The notes: a model not told the origin generated them from the letters alone. Shown: positions 21,801 to 33,313, counted from the first letter of the stretch. The stretch is 41,701 nt of DNA from Octopus bimaculoides (GCF_001194135.2 NC_068984.1:89128772-89170472); one strand, 5' to 3'. Program-made: numbers and translations.

Positions 21801-22858
21801 TGACACCAATATATTATTAATTTTTTTGAATAAAGAATTTCATTAATGGAGTAATACTTTATTGGACTCAGTGTGAATTGTTACTGAATACTTTTGAAAA
21901 ATCAAATAGTTGCAAGTATATTATAGCTCAATATTCTTTTCTTTCCAATGCTAACTGTTCAATCTTGGAGTGAAGTTGATAGTCAATGGTTAAGGATGCA
22001 GCATGAGTGGTCTTGCATCTCTATCCGTTTGGGACCCGTTAAATAACAACATATTTAGTGGGTTGTTAAATAGATTTAATAATGACCTTATGGATTATTA
22101 AGAACATCAATGAAATTTTCATTCTTACTGTTTCTTTTTAAGCAATTGAGTAGAATACAACTTTATTATATTTTAACTTTAGAACACTTTGCTTCAGTGA
22201 CGGTGAGTTACTAGTCAATGGTATGCATTGCAGTTTTGCAAAATAATTAAGATATCTACAAATTTCCTTTGTTATCTTTAATTTCTGTGATATTCCTAGC
22301 CCTTAATATATGTGATTTTATTTTGCAGGTAGTCCTCATTCTATCGAGATGACTCAGAAGGTTGATATGGTGAACTGTACAGTAGCATTTATGTCTCAGT
22401 GCACTTCCATACGTAAATGTAAAGCTTCATGCAAGTCAATGGGAGCAGCCCGATATCGATGGTTTCATGATTATGGTTGTTGTCAGTGTGTGGGCAATAC
22501 ATGTCCAGGATATGGTCTTAATGAACCACGATGCCTCCGTTGCCCTGATACAGAAGTGGACAGTTTTGAGGAAGACTTTGATGATGATTATATTGAGAAT
22601 GCTGATGCTGTTGCCAACAAGAAGAATCAGTTTGATGAAAGCAGCTCAGAGAATCGTGATAAAGAACACAAGAAAAGACATAAAGAGAAGTCTATCAAAA
22701 GAGACAATGATATTCCAGAAATGAGCAAGGAATCCAGCAACACACCAGTTGAAAATGAGCAGACATTGAAAGACACGAATGATGTTAGTAAAGAAAAAGA
22801 AAAGCTTAGATATTCCTCAGATACTAAACAAGATACAAAATCTGGGGAACGGCTATAA
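6211..22858 (+). CDS. TWSG1: Twisted gastrulation homolog (secreted BMP/chordin-binding modulator), spliced CDS join(6211..6433,14045..14254,22329..22858), 320 aa
   Basis: 223+210+530=963 nt, one open frame from ATG to TAA. Signal peptide MDRLLQRLLLGFAAALYLVTLAAA, then CNDAICASRVSKC...CCSCVGLC (Tsg N-domain), linker SSIEILKDPIPDLFNVLT (human STVEELHEPIPSLFRALT), and C-domain CTVAFMSQC..SMGAARYRWFHDYGCCQCVG..CPGYG..RCLRC. Canonical GT-AG junctions. Confidence 0.95.
6524..6720 (-). mobile_element. Decayed RTE-type 3' tail, antisense, next to a (GT)n tract (about 6490-6521)
   Basis: Begins with (CAT)n, the reverse of the (ATG)n tail; catggtttcatggctagatagccctcctaacaaaccac is the reverse of the gtggttggcgttaggaagggcatccagc motif. 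Confidence 0.55.
6821..7123. mobile_element. hAT (Charlie-like) MITE, 303 bp
   Basis: TIRs cagtggttctcaaa / tttaggaaccactg; 8-bp TSD-like flanks ctgtagag / ttctagag, both close to the CTCTAGAG-type target. Confidence 0.85.
9247..9336. repeat. Minisatellite, 3 x 30 bp (catctccaaatccacacagttttcgcttca)
   Basis: Units start at 9247, 9277 and 9307, head to tail with no spacers. Confidence 0.9.
10066..10148. repeat. (CTT)n grading into (CCT)n microsatellite
   Basis: Direct inspection; explains the poly-Leu ORF 9975..10178. Confidence 0.95.
11795..11960 (+). mobile_element. RTE LINE reverse-transcriptase fragment (decayed)
   Basis: Reads about NEFNEEFIMQADVHLGSVLSSL..IVVHAM...CLWELLSAKG, matching the RT motifs GVHQGSVLSPLLF and PWELLYADD, with stop and indel. 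Confidence 0.65.
11985..12292 (+). mobile_element. mariner transposase C-terminal remnant
   Basis: About LNLVPSNYHLF...KWVQQCTPEFF..(RW)..CNGNYV, corresponding to SPDLAPSDYHLF...W....FF..GI..RW.KC...G.Y. Ends in TIR-like ttgaatgacct. Confidence 0.65.
14045..14254 (+). CDS. TWSG1: Tsg coding exon 2 (last N-domain Cys plus linker), absent from the ORF track
   Basis: ttttcattttctag|GT TTA TGT CCT... reads (G)LCPPPDPNEVPYKSSSIEILKDPIPDLFNVLTMEEDVLKRWASYHYQVRSDAIHYTMDRLSEMEAGVGM(R). Donor C|gtaagt at 14254/14255; 210 nt, phase 1-1. Confidence 0.92.
14592..14601. other. Assembly gap (10 N) after a (TA)n tract
   Basis: Run of N. Confidence 0.99.
15053..15274 (+). mobile_element. Full-length tRNA-type SINE, relatively young
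   Basis: A-box-like gagctggcagaaaagttagc, B-box-like gagttcaaattc, body ggtcaactttgcctctcattctttcggagtcgataaattaagtacc, (ATT)n end. Homologous copies at 15858, 32155 and 5456. Confidence 0.8.
15275..15816 (-). mobile_element. ~540-bp non-coding interspersed repeat embedded in (ATT)n, probably a SINE-like retroposon
   Basis: More GC-rich than its flanks, no TIRs, (ATT)n on both sides. Resembles an abundant octopod repeat as I recall it; class and strand are inferred. Confidence 0.45.
15858..16079 (+). mobile_element. Second, more decayed copy of the 15053 SINE
   Basis: Colinear with 15053-15274 (aaggcagc.agctgg...aaaatgcttag..gttcaaattc...ggttgactttgc...agtactagttgag) with CpGs decayed. Confidence 0.8.
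16339..16576. mobile_element. hAT MITE, 238 bp
   Basis: TIRs cagtgtttctcaac / gttgagaaccactt (12/14); 8-bp flanks ctatacgg / ctattggg (6/8). Confidence 0.7.
17100..18010 (-). mobile_element. Heavily decayed non-LTR retrotransposon (CR1/L2-like RT C-terminal region)
   Basis: Scattered minus-strand traces of RPHL and YCS.LWSP-like motifs across frameshifts; TG-rich plus strand. Confidence 0.35.
18092..18870 (-). mobile_element. Internally deleted mariner element
   Basis: Minus strand: GLAPKDIHANMVATLEDDVPALSTIQK..KF...SLEDDPTSGCP...ENILHNELG joined directly to YLQKGHTINGEYYANLL...PAH...SDYHLFPNMKK...KKCVNCKGD. TIR-like tatgagg... at 18092. Confidence 0.85.
19274..19342. repeat. Tandem duplication, 2 x 35 bp (aaccaccagacacaaatgcagaagagatcttgatg)
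   Basis: Copies start at 19274 and 19309 and differ by a few substitutions. Confidence 0.85.
22329..22858 (+). CDS. TWSG1: Tsg coding exon 3 (C-terminal Cys-rich domain plus charged tail)
   Basis: Acceptor ttttattttgcag|GT at 22328/22329 is in frame with ORF 22349..22858. Contains the SMGAARYRWFH hallmark and 10 Cys; stop TAA at 22856-22858. Confidence 0.93.
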
Positions 22859-23978
22859 ATTATCTCTTCTAATTTCACCATCTTTTAAAAAGTTGGTTTC
22901 TTTTCTCTTGACTCTATTCCAACACAACCCCATCCATACTTTCTCCATGTACACACACACACACTTCTACATACTTTGTTGTATGATATAACTTGCATTC
23001 ATTTCTGTCTAGCATTTGTTTTATCCTCCACTTTGGGTTGATCACAAGAGACAGTATTATAAAAAGGAAATGGCATAAGATTTAAACAGAAAAAAAAAAT
23101 TTTCCTCTATTTTCTTTTTAATTTTTTTTTTTTAAGCTAAGAATGGCTAAAGAGGCATGATAGCTATGTGGTTAGGAAGCTGAACTGATGGCCAGATTGA
23201 TAAGACATGGTTAAAAATATAATCCATACCACAGACATTATATCCTTCAGCAAGGAACCTTACTCAACTTGCCTCAGCTATGTCAAATTTAGCTGACACA
23301 CACAAAAAAAAAGAGAAAAATATAGATACTAGTCCCACTTAAAGTACTGTGGTTGGTGTTAAAAATGGAGCAACCAGTCTTAAAAAAAGAAAAAAAAACC
23401 CACTAAGAACAGATGCAAATTCCAAATTTTGCTGGCTCATTCAGTCAAACAAACATTAAAGAATGAACAGTTGCATATACACATGCATATATACCTGTCA
23501 ATGGATGTTCATGTGTGTATGTGTGCGTGTATGTATGTATGTATATATTTTAAGTTAAATGCCTGATTTTGAGCTGTTGGTTATGTACAGAACAAAATGT
23601 GTGTCAAGGTTAAAGAAAGGCTAACAAATGACCATGGAACAATAGTTAACCTGATAATTTCTTTGCATTTTTGTTTTTCTCTTGGAAAACTGGAAAAAAA
23701 AAGAAGAAAAATAATATATGTATAAATTCTTGGAAAGTTTTGGCACAGTGTTTTAACTAGTAAAAGCCAAAATGAAATAAGAAAATCATTGATTATTCAA
23801 TGTTTTCTGACAAATTGTTGTTTGTAAATTTCTCCCCTTGTTTTCCTTCTTTATAGAATTTTTTTTTTTTTGTGACATTGGCGATGGCAAAATTGAAAAA
23901 CTAGAAAAACACAAACGTGCGTGAGAGAGAGAGAGCGTGTGTATATAAATTTATATGTATATATGTGTTTTATGTGTG

Positions 23979-23982
<4 letters not shown>

Positions 23983-24048
<66 letters not shown>
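23983..24048. repeat. (TA)n microsatellite
   Basis: Direct inspection. Confidence 0.95.
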
Positions 24049-24050
<2 letters not shown>

Positions 24051-24944
24051 TATGTGTGCATGTATTTGTATGTATGTATATATATGCACACAAATATGCA
24101 CATGCATACATATATCTATCTATACATATATATACACACATACACAAATACACATGTTTACGTGTCTATATGTGTAAATATATTTGTAACAAATTTAGAG
24201 ACACAAAACAGACCTATTTTTTATTTGAATGCATTACTTTTAATCCAAATGAGAGCAAATTAAGTATTTGTTTTTTAAATTTATTTATTGGATTGTTTTA
24301 AATACTTGTAGTTGCACTAGTAAACTGAAGTTAACCATTTGAAGGAATTACAAATTCTAATCATTTGTGCTCTTTACCTTCTATTTTCTTAAATACTTTT
24401 TACTTAGAACTATATGCATACTTAAATGTTTCATGTATGCTTGTGTTCTATTTGTTTTCTATCTCTAGATGAATTTCAGGTCAAAGAATCTATTCTCCTT
24501 CCCAGTTTTAAATTTCAAATTGAAAAATAATACTTAAAATGTTTTCATAAACCATAATCAGAAAGATTGTGTGTGTTGAAATTCAAACTCAAATAGAAAT
24601 TCAATTAAAAAATAAATTTTAAAAAATTGAAATGTAAGCTAAGTAATATTGGTTAGGCATTCAATTTTAGTTTCTTTCGTTTTTTCATATTCCTTCCCTG
24701 CTTTTCTCTCTCTTTCTGAGTTAAGTTTATGAAAACTTCAAGTTTTGTCAGTTTGAATTTTCAAGTTGAAATAGAATCTACAAGAAAAATTAGATTGCAT
24801 TTTCCATTTCTATATAGGCAGTTATCTAATTTTCTTACAGACAAATTGACACATTTTCCTTTCACTTTATACATGTGGGTTATTTTCTTTTCATTTCTAA
24901 ATTTTCAAGATTTGGTTCTGCATGTGCTTATATTCTCTCCCCTC

Positions 24945-24948
<4 letters not shown>

Positions 24949-24984
<36 letters not shown>

Positions 24985-25061
24985 ACTCACTCACTCACTC
25001 ACTCACTCACTCACTCACTCACTCACTCACTCACTCACTCACTCACTCACTCACTCACTCA

Positions 25062-25094
<33 letters not shown>
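24949..25094. repeat. Compound microsatellite (TC)16(ACTC)21(AC)15
   Basis: Boundaries at 24980/24981 and 25064/25065. Confidence 0.95.
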
Positions 25095-25096
<2 letters not shown>

Positions 25097-25478
25097 CTTA
25101 CTTTTTAATAATGTTATCATCACAAAAACAAAAATGTGGGAGTATTTATTTATTTATTGCCCATATATTTGTTTAAGGAATTAAAGCATTTTTATTTAAG
25201 CTAAAACTTAAAGACACTGCAACAATGTCTAGAAAGCCATTAACTATTGAATACAATGATTTCTTCACTTCTTGTATCATGTGATGGTATTGGAAATCAC
25301 TATTTGTGTGTATGGTGTTTAAAAGTACATCTAAAATTCTGGCTTTGGGGACATGCATCCATTGAATGCCCTTTGTATTTTTGTGTAAAATGTTTCTGTT
25401 TGTCCAGCTGGAAAGTGATTGACAGGCTTTCTTGGAAAGTGACCTGCTGTAAACTAGCATTCTGTCCGCAAAAAGAAA

Positions 25479-25513
<35 letters not shown>

Positions 25514-26121
25514 AATTGTATGCTGGCACTATGAACATCAAAAAAATGCATTGTTACTATTATTATTTTTATTTTTAAAAACTACATGTAAAATATTTTA
25601 TATCTCTAATAGTTACAGAATATTTTCTTTATTGTTTTTAGATTCATTTCATTATATTCTAAACCTCTTTAACAGCTTATATAGTATGATTGTGTTTTAT
25701 ATAAATTGGACATTATATGATATTTTCATTGCTGGTCAAAGAAAGTTACAGGTATGTCTTTTTTTTTTTAGTTCACATTTTCTGATAAACAATTAAAAGT
25801 ATAGAACTCTTGCTCCCTACAATAAAGGTTTTATTTATTTATCTATTTTTCTTTCTTTGATTTACATATAATCCTCCTATACTATCTTTTGAAAACTGTT
25901 TAATTCTTGTGTAACTCAGAGACATGTAGTATATTGGAAATGGAATGCTTCACTTGTTTCTACCATTCTGTAAGCTTTCAGTGTTGTTCCTGTTTGCAGG
26001 TGAAGAATCTTTGTATTCTTTGTTTTGTCTGAGATTAATTGAGTTAACTCATTTTCTCTTTAGAAGAAAATAACTCAATCACAGCTGAGCACTCTGAAAG
26101 AGATAAATTCCCAGTACAACA

Positions 26122-26124
<3 letters not shown>

Positions 26125-26156
<32 letters not shown>
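26125..26156 (+). repeat. A32 homopolymer
   Basis: Direct inspection. Confidence 0.9.
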
Positions 26157-26157
<1 letters not shown>

Positions 26158-27434
26158 ATGGAGACTTTTTCTCAAGTATCTTTTATGAAACATAGTCTTT
26201 TTTTTTTAAAGATAGTTTTGAGTTTTAATTTATTTCTGAAAAGCTGCACCTTTCTACTTGATTTTGCTTCAATGGATCAGCCATTATTAATCAGTATAGC
26301 ATTATTTTATTTACCTACTAGAGATCTAACTATGATATTGATGTATATGTGTATGTGCACACACACACCCACACGCACGCACATACATACACACACGCGC
26401 ACACACACCTTTAACTTATATGTAACTTAAATTCTGGTGTTGTAATTCCTTCAAGAGATCTAGTTATGTACAAGCATTAGATTACTAGATTTACGATCAC
26501 ATGGTTATGAAGTCAAACTTAACTGCGAGTATTTATGTTATTCTCATCAGTAAAACATATAGTACTTCTTACTTAATTTGCTTGACTGGAAATATATGCT
26601 GCTTTTACTTTTTAGTTGATTGGTAAATTGTTTTAAAAGGATAGACTTATATTAAGCTCTCCCCACCCCCTTCTGCTGGAGGTTGCCTTTTATTCCATGC
26701 TGGCATGGGCTGGACACATTAAATATGTTCATGGAGGTGTTTTTAACAAATGAAAAGCCATTTCTAGTGCTAAATATTTTAAAGTAAAAATTTAGGGAAC
26801 ATGAGCTTGAAAAATTAATCCCTAACTTAAGACCTGTTGTGAGGTTTCAACCCTTATTTTTATTATATTATACTAGAAATGTATAAAAGCAGACTATGGG
26901 GTTCCTGTGTAGGTTTCATAAAAGTTAGTATTAGGAATTTTCTAACCAGTCAGTAATCTGTATTAGCCTAGATTTCTGTATGATAAACACTGGGTTTTAT
27001 TAAGAATTTTCGTATTTGTTACTCTCAGTAATTAAGTTAAAGTTTCTTTCTTAGATGTATTAAAATTATTTCAGCTATAACTGAAACAGAATTGTTGAAA
27101 AATCAAATTTTGGCTAAACTCAAAGTTCTGCCAACTTTTGGTCTTTTTTTTTTTTTTTAACCTACAGATTTGTACATATCCAGGCTTCACATAAAGAATT
27201 TTTAAATTGACTAAAATATTAAAGATATAGCTGCTGGCTTGTGCAAGGACCTTAAATTTAAAGCCCAGACATTAAAAAAATCCTTTAGACAATCATAAGT
27301 TTTTATTTTTCAACCAAGAAAAAATTTTTAAGAAAATCTGTGTTTTAAAATTGTTTTTTTATTTTTTTGCTTATCTGTTAGAATTAGACATGTTGACTTA
27401 ATACATTACATACCCTAACCTAGAGATTACAAGA

Positions 27435-27929
27435 NNNNNNNNNNNNNNNNNNNNNNNNNNNNNNNNNNNNNNNNNNNNNNNNNNNNNNNNNNNNNNNNNN
27501 NNNNNNNNNNNNNNNNNNNNNNNNNNNNNNNNNNNNNNNNNNNNNNNNNNNNNNNNNNNNNNNNNNNNNNNNNNNNNNNNNNNNNNNNNNNNNNNNNNNN
27601 NNNNNNNNNNNNNNNNNNNNNNNNNNNNNNNNNNNNNNNNNNNNNNNNNNNNNNNNNNNNNNNNNNNNNNNNNNNNNNNNNNNNNNNNNNNNNNNNNNNN
27701 NNNNNNNNNNNNNNNNNNNNNNNNNNNNNNNNNNNNNNNNNNNNNNNNNNNNNNNNNNNNNNNNNNNNNNNNNNNNNNNNNNNNNNNNNNNNNNNNNNNN
27801 NNNNNNNNNNNNNNNNNNNNNNNNNNNNNNNNNNNNNNNNNNNNNNNNNNNNNNNNNNNNNNNNNNNNNNNNNNNNNNNNNNNNNNNNNNNNNNNNNNNN
27901 NNNNNNNNNNNNNNNNNNNNNNNNNNNNN
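27435..27929. other. Assembly gap (495 N)
   Basis: Run of N. Confidence 0.99.
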
Positions 27930-29736
27930 GCCCTGTCTAATGAAAATATCCACAATGGAAGTGAAAGCAAAACTAGAGAATAAAAAACATACACTATTTC
28001 GGAAATAACTTTTGAAACTAGACATTTTGTTCTCTTTTTAATGTTTTTTTTTTTTTTGGTCTTTCATATATTTGTAAAGTTCTCACTTAAATATAATTAA
28101 CTGTAGCCATAATTGAATGCATTTCTAGTCATTAACTTATACAATCCATGGCTTCACACTTGTTCTTTTCTTCCTCTGCAAGTGGAATAGGTAAATATAT
28201 ATCTGTTTTGCATTCAACTTAAGAAACTTCTGTCAAAAGATCAACAGGACATTCGATATCAACAATATTGGCTTACTCTTCTCTAGTTTAGTTGTTCTTA
28301 ATTCACTAGTGTTAATGATGTCATATTACTAAAGTGTTGGTAAATTAGCACTGAAAAGTTATTTATTTTCAATTAGTTGGTGAAGGCTAAACTTGATTAG
28401 CAGAATTTTACTGTTTTTCTTAAATAGCTCAAATTGTTAGGAATAATTAGTTCAGCTTCGTTCATCTTTAGCCTTTAATTATTCAGAAATGCAACACTGT
28501 TTCAGAAGTTTAAAACTATTTAGCAGAAATTAAGATGTTTTCCTAATAAATGCTTGAATAAAATATCCACTCCCCAAGTTATTTATCATTCAAAGAGAAT
28601 TTATCGACAGTGAGGTTAACTATACTTGTTCTAATTGCTTCTTATTCATATTAAAATAAAGAAATTGAAGTGTCTAACAAAATAGAAATTTGGTTCAATC
28701 CCAACTAGACTCAGAAACTGATCATACTTAATGGTTGCATTAAAAACATTTATTCATTAATTAGATTGTTCTTAGATTATTTCTCATTGATGTATTGCTT
28801 TTTCATTTGAGACATTGACAGTCTATTGTAAGCATAGGGGTGTGTGTTTGCTATTTTCCCATTTTCTAGAAAGATTGCTGTAGTTTGCAGCATGCCTAAA
28901 TATATAACAAGAACCATGGAATAGTGAAAAGACAATGTGTACTGTTTATATATGTGTATCTGTGTACAGATATATTTCTATGTCACCAAGCAATATATTA
29001 CTGGTTACGACATATCACTGACCAGGATGTTATCAGTTTTGTGCTGAATATTGCCACTAAACAATATTGAGAACTCTTCAGAAATGATGGGGCCAAAAGT
29101 GCATAGCCTCTTTTATGTTGGAGATAAATAGACTCTAGAAAGGCTCTATGGTAGCAAAAAGGTGAAATGATTATTTTTCAGAAGAAAGGAAGAGTTATTG
29201 GCCATGGGTGATGCATGTAAACTGAATGTTTGTGTGTATATATACATATAGTTCTCAGGTTCAAAACAGATATTACCATGTTGCCAAAACAAATTTCCAC
29301 TCATGAGGGCAGCATCTGAAAATTTCATTTTTCAATTTCAGAGAAACACTCTGATCATGTAAATTTTTTTAGAGTGATTCTCCTCTTCAAACAGAGTCTA
29401 TATCTTCTACTTTCATTAAGGTATAATCTAGTTGGTGTTCTATGGTGTTGCATCCCATTCTATTGCCATATTTAGTTGGCTAAAATTGTAACATTATGCC
29501 ATTTCTGGATTATAAAAGAGGGTCTGTGATATTTACCTTGGCCTTAAAAGGACCTTTGTTACCCTAATGTACTTTTGTATGAGCATCATTCCTTTGTGTT
29601 GGTCAGTGCTACTTCTGTTTCAAAGACCACAGCTTCTAACCTTTCATTGGTCGCTCACTGTAAACCCTCAAACAACATCCTGCCAATGATTTAGTAGTAC
29701 TAGTTTTCTTTTTATTTGACACTAGATGTGTGTGTC

Positions 29737-29740
<4 letters not shown>

Positions 29741-29824
<84 letters not shown>
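29741..29824. repeat. (TA)n microsatellite flanked by (TG)n
   Basis: Direct inspection. Confidence 0.95.
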
Positions 29825-29832
<8 letters not shown>

Positions 29833-30144
29833 TATATGTGTGTGTGTGTGTGTGTATACACGTGCACAAGAAGGCCTGCAATGGAGGCAGTGGTAAATTC
29901 AGTATCATTTATTTTCATTTTTCTCTTCCAACCATTTATTCCTTTTCCTTCTCTTTAGAGTCTTTAAGCTGAGATGTCAAGTTTTTTTCAATTTCTTCCT
30001 TAGCAATATTTATTTTCATTGTACGCTTCTTCCATTGTTGTTATTTTGCTTTATATTTCTATGCTTTTCCCTCTACATGTATTGCTTGTCAGACTTCATG
30101 TGTTATTTGTTTGTTTGCCTTGTCCTTGCCTCGTAATCTTATAA

Positions 30145-30179
<35 letters not shown>

Positions 30180-30534
30180 GTATGTATACAAACACACATA
30201 TTACTTCCCTAAATTCATGTATCAAGTTAGCCAGACATAATATTATTGTTATTTTATCAAGTGACATTTTCTGAGTGCAAACTTATCAACAGAGCTGTTT
30301 TGTGTATTTTTCTCATTATTTATAACATTACTAAATATCTGAAATTCTCTTTCAAATAAAACAAGTGATCATTTTAATAATTTCAATAAGCTTATGTAGA
30401 TAGCCAGCTGTTCCTTTCCTTCTCTCTCTTTCTCTCTCAACATTTTGTAAATAAATCTTTTTTGTTTTCTTCTGTTTGTATATGTGTTCATGTATATAAA
30501 TATATATATATGTGTGTATATGTATGTATGTATG

Positions 30535-30594
<60 letters not shown>

Positions 30595-32154
30595 TATATA
30601 TATGTATATTGTCTATTTGTATTTACATAAATGTAAATGCATGCAGTCACATGCTCACGTAAATGTTTATATTAGTTCTAGAACATATAATACCTATAAA
30701 TAGAAGCAAACACCTGCAACAGTTTTCTTTTTGTGTTGGAATAAAATTAACTAAGCATTTTCAAAAGGACAAAATTCAAATATGAAAAGACACATTTCCT
30801 TAATTAGCAAACTGTATTTATTATTCCTAGTCTTGATTTTGTTTTTTTTTAATCATTCTCTTTTTTGTTTCCATTCACTAAATTCTCTCTGTTTATTTAG
30901 TAGTACACTTCTCTGTAATATGCTCAACTGTTATTCTTTAATATTAAAACACCATCTCCTAAAGAAATCACTAAACAACTCTCATGAAAATGTTTCTAGT
31001 GAAAGCAAAAGCAACAAGTATAAGCTAGAATATTGTTTTTATTTACTTTTATATTATTGAATTTGGACTCTTTAACTACCTCATGCTTTTTCATTTTCTT
31101 TTCTTTTTTTAGCCTCACTTCTTATCTGTACATTGCATTTATTTCATCTCACTACTCCACATCTTTTTTTTTTTTCTAATTCTTATTCCACGTCTGTATT
31201 TTTATTATTACTAAATGTAAAAGATATCATTGAGAAAGAGGTATACTCCTCAGCAAACCAAATCCATGACCCAATTTCAATTTCTAATTGTAGCTATTTC
31301 ACTTCAGTTGAATTGGTGGTTAATGCTTTCGAGAAAAGCATGAACTTTACGTAATCTAATTTCTGCTACTTTATAAAATCTGAGGCACTGTGCTCATGTA
31401 TGAGATAATTTAATTTCTGATTGAACGGCAGATGAGCACAGAGAAAAGAACAGTGCCAGGCTAGATGCTGCTTTACAATATATTGTTTGGTGTTTACATA
31501 TCTGCATTCAAGGGGTTTCTGTTTTTTTAGTTGTTTTTTTTTTTTTTCTGTGGATAGCATAAAGTATCAGAAAACTGCTGGGGCTGATTCAGATGCACCT
31601 TGTGCCTAGTAAAAGACAAAGACTCATTTTTACTAAAGAAATAAAATTATTCTGTGAAATCATTGAAATTTTATCATTCAAATATATACTTAGGTAGATT
31701 TTGTTAGTAAGTTACCCAAATTTCTCTCTTTTTTGTGATTAAAACCAATAAATTAAATTAATGTTTAAAACCAAAAAGATGTTCAAGAGCTCTTGTCCTC
31801 TCACAATTCCCCATATCTGTATATTGTCTTACATCATCACACAGAAAGTTTTCATCTTTTTTTCTTTTTCTTTTTTTGTACTTTCTGGTTTCTCATTCTT
31901 TTTGAAGAAAAAAAAAACATCCAAAACAAAAATTTAAATTTGTTCTTGTTGTCCAAGCTTGTACATTTGAAACAAAATACAGTGTAAAACATCATTTCTA
32001 GATATTGTTTGTGTTGTTTTTTATTACTATATTGATTATTTAACAATTATAATTGTTATGAAACACTGATGAACATAACCTGATGACAGAGAGCTGGATA
32101 GAATAATCTAACACAGAGCAGCCTGGAAAGATAAATGCTTGGTGTATTAAGTTA

Positions 32155-32359
32155 AATAATAATGGCTTCAAATTTTGCCACAAGGCCAGAAACTTCAGGG
32201 AAGGGGCTAAGTCGATTAGATTGACCCCATTGCTCAACTGGTACTTATTTTATCATCACTGAGATGATGAAAAGCAAAGTTTGAACTCAGAATATAGAGA
32301 TGGACAAAATGCTGGTAAGCATCTGGCCTGGCATGCTAACGATTCTGCCAACTCGCCTT
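32155..32359 (-). mobile_element. Antisense copy of the 15053 SINE family
   Basis: Ends gcatgctaacgattctgccaactcgcctt (reverse of the head); body ctggtacttattttatc...aaaagcaaagtttgaactcagaa; flanked by (AAT)n. Confidence 0.8.
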
Positions 32360-32402
32360 ATTGAGTTGAATAATAATAATTATTATCTATAGATACATTT
32401 TA

Positions 32403-32545
32403 ACGGCAGTGTGGCTAAATTCACTTCCAAACCTATGGTTCCAAATTCAGTCCCACTACATGGAATCTTGGGTAAGTGTCTTTAGTAGACTATAACCCTG
32501 AGTTGACCAATGCTTTGTGAGTGGAATTTGGTTGGCATCAGTTGG
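32403..32545 (+). mobile_element. 5' part of a second tRNA-derived SINE family (same family as 37580-37941)
   Basis: gtgtggcta...atggttcc..ttcagtcccact...cttgggtaagtgtctt...ctttgtgagtggaatttggt is colinear with the reverse complement of 37830-37940. Confidence 0.65.
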
Positions 32546-32741
32546 TTGTATGTGTATGCATATAAGAGGCAAGCAAGTTCTGTTGAATAAACAGTGTAAA
32601 TGTGCGTGAATGACAGTACAAATGTTCTGAGAGAAAAAATGGGCATAAGCAGGCTCAAATATTGTGTGCAAGAAAAATATGCTGTGCTCGTATGGGACAT
32701 GTATATGGATGTAGGCAGTTGTATAAAGAAGCACTGATCAC

Positions 32742-32880
32742 TTAATGTGGAAGAAGATATGAGATAAAGTGGTGAATGCTGATATCAGGACCTTGAATCT
32801 CCCAGAGATGACAAAGGACCAGAATGGTGGGCAATAAGTAGTTCTCAAGAAGACCTTTCCACCTTGACAAAACTGAGTCG
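32742..32880 (+). mobile_element. RTE LINE ORF C-terminal fragment
   Basis: gaagatatgagataaagtggtgaa...gaccttgaatctc..gagatgacaaaggacc...gaagacc is a decayed homolog of the minus-strand 201-326 segment. Confidence 0.5.
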
Positions 32881-33313
32881 AAAAGCACTGCATGTGTATA
32901 TTATATGCATAACTGAGCCATTTGTGCAGTTTTCTCTCAAAACAACAACCACCACCATCATTTTTGCATCTCTTATTTCCATGCTAACATCGGTTGAATG
33001 AGATTTCTTGATTTATTCAACCAGAAGCCCTTGCTGGAACCATCACCTACAGGTTTCCAAGTAGAATACTTTATTCCACTGGCTTTCATGTATTGACTTA
33101 ATGAGCTGCAAGAATAACTTGAATGTTACCTCTGCCCCAAAACATAGAGGACTAGCAAAAATTCAGACACACCTATCAAAGCTACTCAGCATTGTCCACA
33201 TGTTGACTATGTCAAAGCATTACTTTGATAAGCTAAACTAACTTATAGCAATTTTTTATGTAGTGCTTTTTGGTTGTAATAATGTAATATTTGCATATAT
33301 TTTTACTGGTTAA

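Noticed and set aside
6434-22328. Inverted intronic repeats driving an exon 2 circRNA
   Set aside because: The opposite-strand elements in introns 1 and 2 (two mariners, two MITEs) are different and highly diverged; I saw no long complementary pair.
22321-22334. cag|gtagt as a recursive splice site
   Set aside because: The GT is required by the split Arg codon and the match to the donor consensus is weak.
27410-27421. taccctaacc next to the gap as a telomeric repeat
   Set aside because: Fewer than two units; no array visible.
27398-28025. ~200-aa ORFs
   Set aside because: Artefacts of reading through the 495-N gap.
23851-30703. Many YIYI/THSL/CVCV ORFs of 60-150 aa
   Set aside because: Translations of (TA)n, (ACTC)n and (TG)n microsatellites.
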